From: an uncultured Candidatus Binatia bacterium
GTDB taxonomy: Bacteria; Desulfobacterota; Binatia; UBA9968; JAJDTQ01
Reading direction: 5' to 3'
Length of the DNA stretch: 64,000 bases
NCBI GenBank assembly: GCA_965213675.1
Contig: OZ243916.1
Coordinates: 3,776,001-3,840,000 of the forward strand
Numbering within the stretch: position 1 is the stretch's first letter; every line of letters begins with the position of its first letter. The position numbers and the translations under genes are program-made. Shown in pieces: positions 60,680 to 64,000 of the stretch. The notes under the pieces were generated by a model. It was given only the letters and a program-made list of their open reading frames with translations, had not been told where the DNA came from and made no database searches.

Positions 60680-61911
60680 GAAGCCATCGCGGCAAGCGGC
60701 TCGTTGGTCCTGGGGTCGATGTCGTAGGGGCCCGGGAGGCCCAGCTCGTCGGCGATCTCCCGAAGCTTGGGCATGACCTCTTCGCCCATGAGCTTGAGGG
60801 TGCGCATCTGCGACTCGTGGTCCATGGCGCCGTCGCCGGTGCGGAAGATGATGGTCCCCGGCCGCAGTTGTTCCATGATGTAGCGTACCTTGGGGATGAC
60901 GCTGTCGGGGGTGCCGACGACCATTCCGTGGGTGGCCACCTGGTCTTCGAAGGTCGCCCTCGCTCCCGCGCGGGTGCGGCCGGACGAGTCCGCGGCCGTC
61001 ATCTTGCGCCGCAGGGCCCGGGCGCTGCGGGTGGCGATTCCCGGGGGCCCCGCGATATAGGGCCGCGGCCTCTGCGCGCCGGGGTCGTAGGGGCTCCGCA
61101 CGCCCTGAGTCAGGGTCCGGCCCACCTCCATGGCCCGTTTCTCCGTTTCCTCCACGTGAAAGAAGAACATGAAGCCGAGATGCTGGGGCCCGGCTTCATA
61201 ACCCTCTTCCCGGGCGGTGTCGCAGTAGACCCGGTACATCTGCTGGGTCAGGTCGATCTGGCTGGCCAGCATGATGTAGGGGTAACGATGGCGGGCCGCC
61301 CACTCCACCGTCTCCCGGCTGGAAGTGCCGGGCACCCAGATAGGCGGATAGGGCTTCTGCAACGGGACCGCCCAGGGGTTCACGTACCGGTAGTGGAAGT
61401 GCTTGCCTTCCCAGCGGAACGGGCCGGGGGTCGTCCAGGTCTTGACGAGGAAGTCGTGGGCCTCTTCGAAGCGCTCTCGGTTGAAGTGCGGGGGCACGTT
61501 GTGCGTCAGGCTCTCACTGCCGCCGCCGCGCACCACGCCGGGGATGAGGCGGCCTCGGGAAATCACATCGATCATCGCGATCTGCTCGGCCAGCCACAGG
61601 GGATCGTCGTGGATGGGCAGGATGTTGCCCAGGATCAGGATCTTGGCCTTGTGGGTGATGCGGGCGAGGATGGAGGACGTCACGTTGGCCACGCTGTTCA
61701 TGCAGAACGGGGCGCTGTGATGCTCGTTGACCATGATCCCGTCGAAGCCCATCTCCTCGGCGTAGACCTTTTCGTCCAGGTAGCGGTTGTAGAGGCCGGA
61801 GGCACGAACCGGGTCGTACTCGCGGTTGCTCACCTCCATGACGCCGGACCCCCAGGCCGCGGGCCAGTCTTCCTTCTGCCAGGGTTGCTCCGTGAAATGG
61901 CCTATGAACAT
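60676..61911 (-). CDS. LLM-class flavin-dependent oxidoreductase (paralog 2)
   Basis: Colinear with 59255-60490 over full length; SD GGAGG. Confidence 0.9.
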   Translation of the reverse strand: MFIGHFTEQPWQKEDWPAAWGSGVMEVSNREYDPVRASGLYNRYLDEKVYAEEMGFDGIMVNEHHSAPFCMNSVANVTSSILARITHKAKILILGNILPIHDDPLWLAEQIAMIDVISRGRLIPGVVRGGGSESLTHNVPPHFNRERFEEAHDFLVKTWTTPGPFRWEGKHFHYRYVNPWAVPLQKPYPPIWVPGTSSRETVEWAARHRYPYIMLASQIDLTQQMYRVYCDTAREEGYEAGPQHLGFMFFFHVEETEKRAMEVGRTLTQGVRSPYDPGAQRPRPYIAGPPGIATRSARALRRKMTAADSSGRTRAGARATFEDQVATHGMVVGTPDSVIPKVRYIMEQLRPGTIIFRTGDGAMDHESQMRTLKLMGEEVMPKLREIADELGLPGPYDIDPRTNEPLAAMAS

Positions 61912-61916
61912 CGATA

Positions 61917-62711
61917 TCAACCTCCCAGAAATTCAAGGACCGCCTTGGTGAATTCTTCCGGTTTCTCCATCTCGGGCATGTGCCCGCAGTCCTCGAGGAC
62001 GGCGGCCCGGGCCCCGGGTATTCCTTCCTTGTAGAGCTCGCAACTGCTGATGGGGACAATTCGGTCCTGCCTCCCCCACACGAGCAGGGTCGGGGTCGCG
62101 ATGGCCGGCAGGAGGTCCGGCAACGTGATGCTGTGCATGTAGGGACGCCAAGTGTAGCGGATGGCCGCCTCCCGGTTGGTCTCGACCTGTTCGGACTCGT
62201 CCGGAGTCCAGTCCTTGCCGTAGTACTTCAGGTATTCGGCCGATTCGTGGTCGTTGAAGGACTGTTGGAATGCGTCCTTGGCCGAGTGCAGGAAGTAGTC
62301 CCAGATCTCCCCCTCCCGAGGCTTGATGCCGGCCGCCCCCACCAGAGCCATTTTCGAGAAGATGTGGCTGTTGGCGGTGGCAAGCTCGGCGGCGATCCAG
62401 CCTCCCAGGGAAAAGCCGATGACGTTCAGCGGAGTCGACAGGCCCTGGTCCCGCACGAACCAGCTTACCCACGCGGACAGGTCCCGTACCGACATCAGCC
62501 AGTCCGGAAACGACGAGGTGCCGAAGCCGGGCAGGGAGGGAACGTACACGGAGTAGTGCTCGGCAAGAAGCCTGTGGGCCTCCAGCCAGTCCGGCACGCC
62601 CAGCTCGCCGTGGAGGATCAGCAGCGGCTCTCCGGAGCCGCCCCGCCGCAACTGCAGCGATGTTCCGGCCATGTCGAGGGTCTCTTCGATGAACGCGGGC
62701 GTGGTTGTCAC
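61917..62711 (-). CDS. Alpha/beta hydrolase
   Basis: LHGELG, SLPGFG, GFSLGG, WGRQD, CGHMP. Confidence 0.88.
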   Translation of the reverse strand: MTTTPAFIEETLDMAGTSLQLRRGGSGEPLLILHGELGVPDWLEAHRLLAEHYSVYVPSLPGFGTSSFPDWLMSVRDLSAWVSWFVRDQGLSTPLNVIGFSLGGWIAAELATANSHIFSKMALVGAAGIKPREGEIWDYFLHSAKDAFQQSFNDHESAEYLKYYGKDWTPDESEQVETNREAAIRYTWRPYMHSITLPDLLPAIATPTLLVWGRQDRIVPISSCELYKEGIPGARAAVLEDCGHMPEMEKPEEFTKAVLEFLGG

Positions 62712-62918
62712 TGGCTCCTCCGGTCTGGCGTTTTCAGGATGGATGTCAGGTTGCGTGGAGCATAGTCAAGAGCGTGGGGAACGTCAATGTGGATGGCGCT
62801 CGAAGACTTGGGGCGTCGAAGTCAAAGCGGTTGCTTCGTTGACGCGCCGGAGGAAATGCTCACCGGGCAGGGATAGGGGCGATCGCGGATCATCGTTTCC
62901 TCACAAGAATTGTTCGTC

Positions 62919-64000
62919 TCACGCCGTCCGCTTGCCTTCCAGAAAACAGCTCAAAACCAGCCCCGTCACGGCGGCGGCCAGCCCCACCAGGAAGGCCCAC
63001 CACAGCGCGTTCACCAGCGCGCCGGTGAGGATGGGCATGAGGTCGGCGGGGATCAGCGCGCGGGTGGCGGGGTCGAGGAGGTTCTGCGGGTTCAGGAGCC
63101 TTTGCAGCACGGACTCCGGCACCGATGCCTTCAGGTCCGCGGCGATGACCGTGAAGGCCGAGTTCATGCGTTGCAGCAGGATGCTGCCCATGATGCTGAT
63201 GATCAGCGCGCCGCCGATGGTGCGGAACAGCATGACGGTGGAGGTGGCCACTCCCAGGTTCTGGAAGGGCACCGCGCCCTGGGCGGCCACGAGCGCGGTG
63301 ACGTTGGTCATGCCCATGCCTGTGCCGGCCGCGAAGGTCGCCATGAGCATCACGGTCATGCCGCCGGCTTCTTCCAGCAACATGAAGGGGATGTAACCGG
63401 CGACCATCAGGCTCATGCCCGTGGCGCAGACCCGGCGGTACCCCCAGGAAGTCGTGACGCGGCCGGCGGTCATGGAGCCCGCGGTCCAACCCACGCTCAA
63501 CGGCAGCAGGGCCACCCCGGCCAGGGAGGCGCTGCCGCCCAGGGCGCCCTGGACGTACAGCGGCAGGAACCCGACGACGCCGAAGATGCCCATGGCCGCC
63601 AGCAGGCTGAGACCGGCGGGCCGGCTGTAGCCGGACAAGCGGAAGAGCGTCATGGGCAGCAGCGGATCCCTGGCCCGGCCTTCCCTCAGGATGAACAGCC
63701 CCAGCAGCACGACGACTCCCACCACCACCGATACGGACTCCGCCGTGATCAGGTCGATCTGGTTGGCCGCCACCAGAAGGCCGTAAAACAGCAGCATCAA
63801 CGCGGAGAGGAGAATCGCGGCGCCTGCGAGGTCCAGCGACCGGCGCGCGCCCTCGGCGCGTTGCTCGCGAAAGCCCGCGAGGATGAGCCCGGCCGCCCCG
63901 ATGCCCAGGGGAAGATTGATCCAGAAGATCCAGCGCCAGTCCCAGTACTCCGCGATGAACCCGCCGCCGGCCGGCCCGAGCACCGAGGCGACACCCCAGA
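62919..64000 (-). CDS. DHA2/MDR-type MFS transporter (5' part outside window)
   Basis: GPAGGG..WRWIFWINLPLG, DPLLP, PLYVQG, FRTIGG. Confidence 0.9.
   Translation of the reverse strand, partial: WGVASVLGPAGGGFIAEYWDWRWIFWINLPLGIGAAGLILAGFREQRAEGARRSLDLAGAAILLSALMLLFYGLLVAANQIDLITAESVSVVVGVVVLLGLFILREGRARDPLLPMTLFRLSGYSRPAGLSLLAAMGIFGVVGFLPLYVQGALGGSASLAGVALLPLSVGWTAGSMTAGRVTTSWGYRRVCATGMSLMVAGYIPFMLLEEAGGMTVMLMATFAAGTGMGMTNVTALVAAQGAVPFQNLGVATSTVMLFRTIGGALIISIMGSILLQRMNSAFTVIAADLKASVPESVLQRLLNPQNLLDPATRALIPADLMPILTGALVNALWWAFLVGLAAAVTGLVLSCFLEGKRTA

Noticed and set aside
59255-61911. Bioluminescence luxAB
   Set aside because: No luxCDE; sequences belong to generic LLM class

Overview
High-GC bacterial chromosomal segment with no rRNA, tRNA, CRISPR array, phage or intact transposase visible. 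The gene content resembles Deltaproteobacteria/Binatia-type genomes (inference only). Housekeeping genes (argJ, gatCA and gatB, rnhB-yraN-serS, speA, ppk1, amtB-glnK with a sigma54 promoter, pckG, ybbAP/tesA, M18 aminopeptidase) are interleaved with many catabolic genes. These include three luciferase-like monooxygenases, three amidohydrolases, three alpha/beta hydrolases, VOC proteins, a DUF2848-nitrilase-cupin trio, a flavoprotein plus ferredoxin pair and a MatB-like CoA ligase cluster. The most distinctive signal is in the spacers. There are at least three families of non-autonomous palindromic elements. One 159-bp element with a perfect 10-bp target-site duplication has frameshifted the original rnhB start and appears to supply a new start codon. 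Two other families (163/68 bp and about 165 bp) often sit on TAG stop codons and show modular deletion or compensatory base changes. Spacers also hold short gene remnants (RelE-type toxin-antitoxin, AAA/DUF4143 ATPase, TctA), and a DCC-family gene has no canonical start codon.
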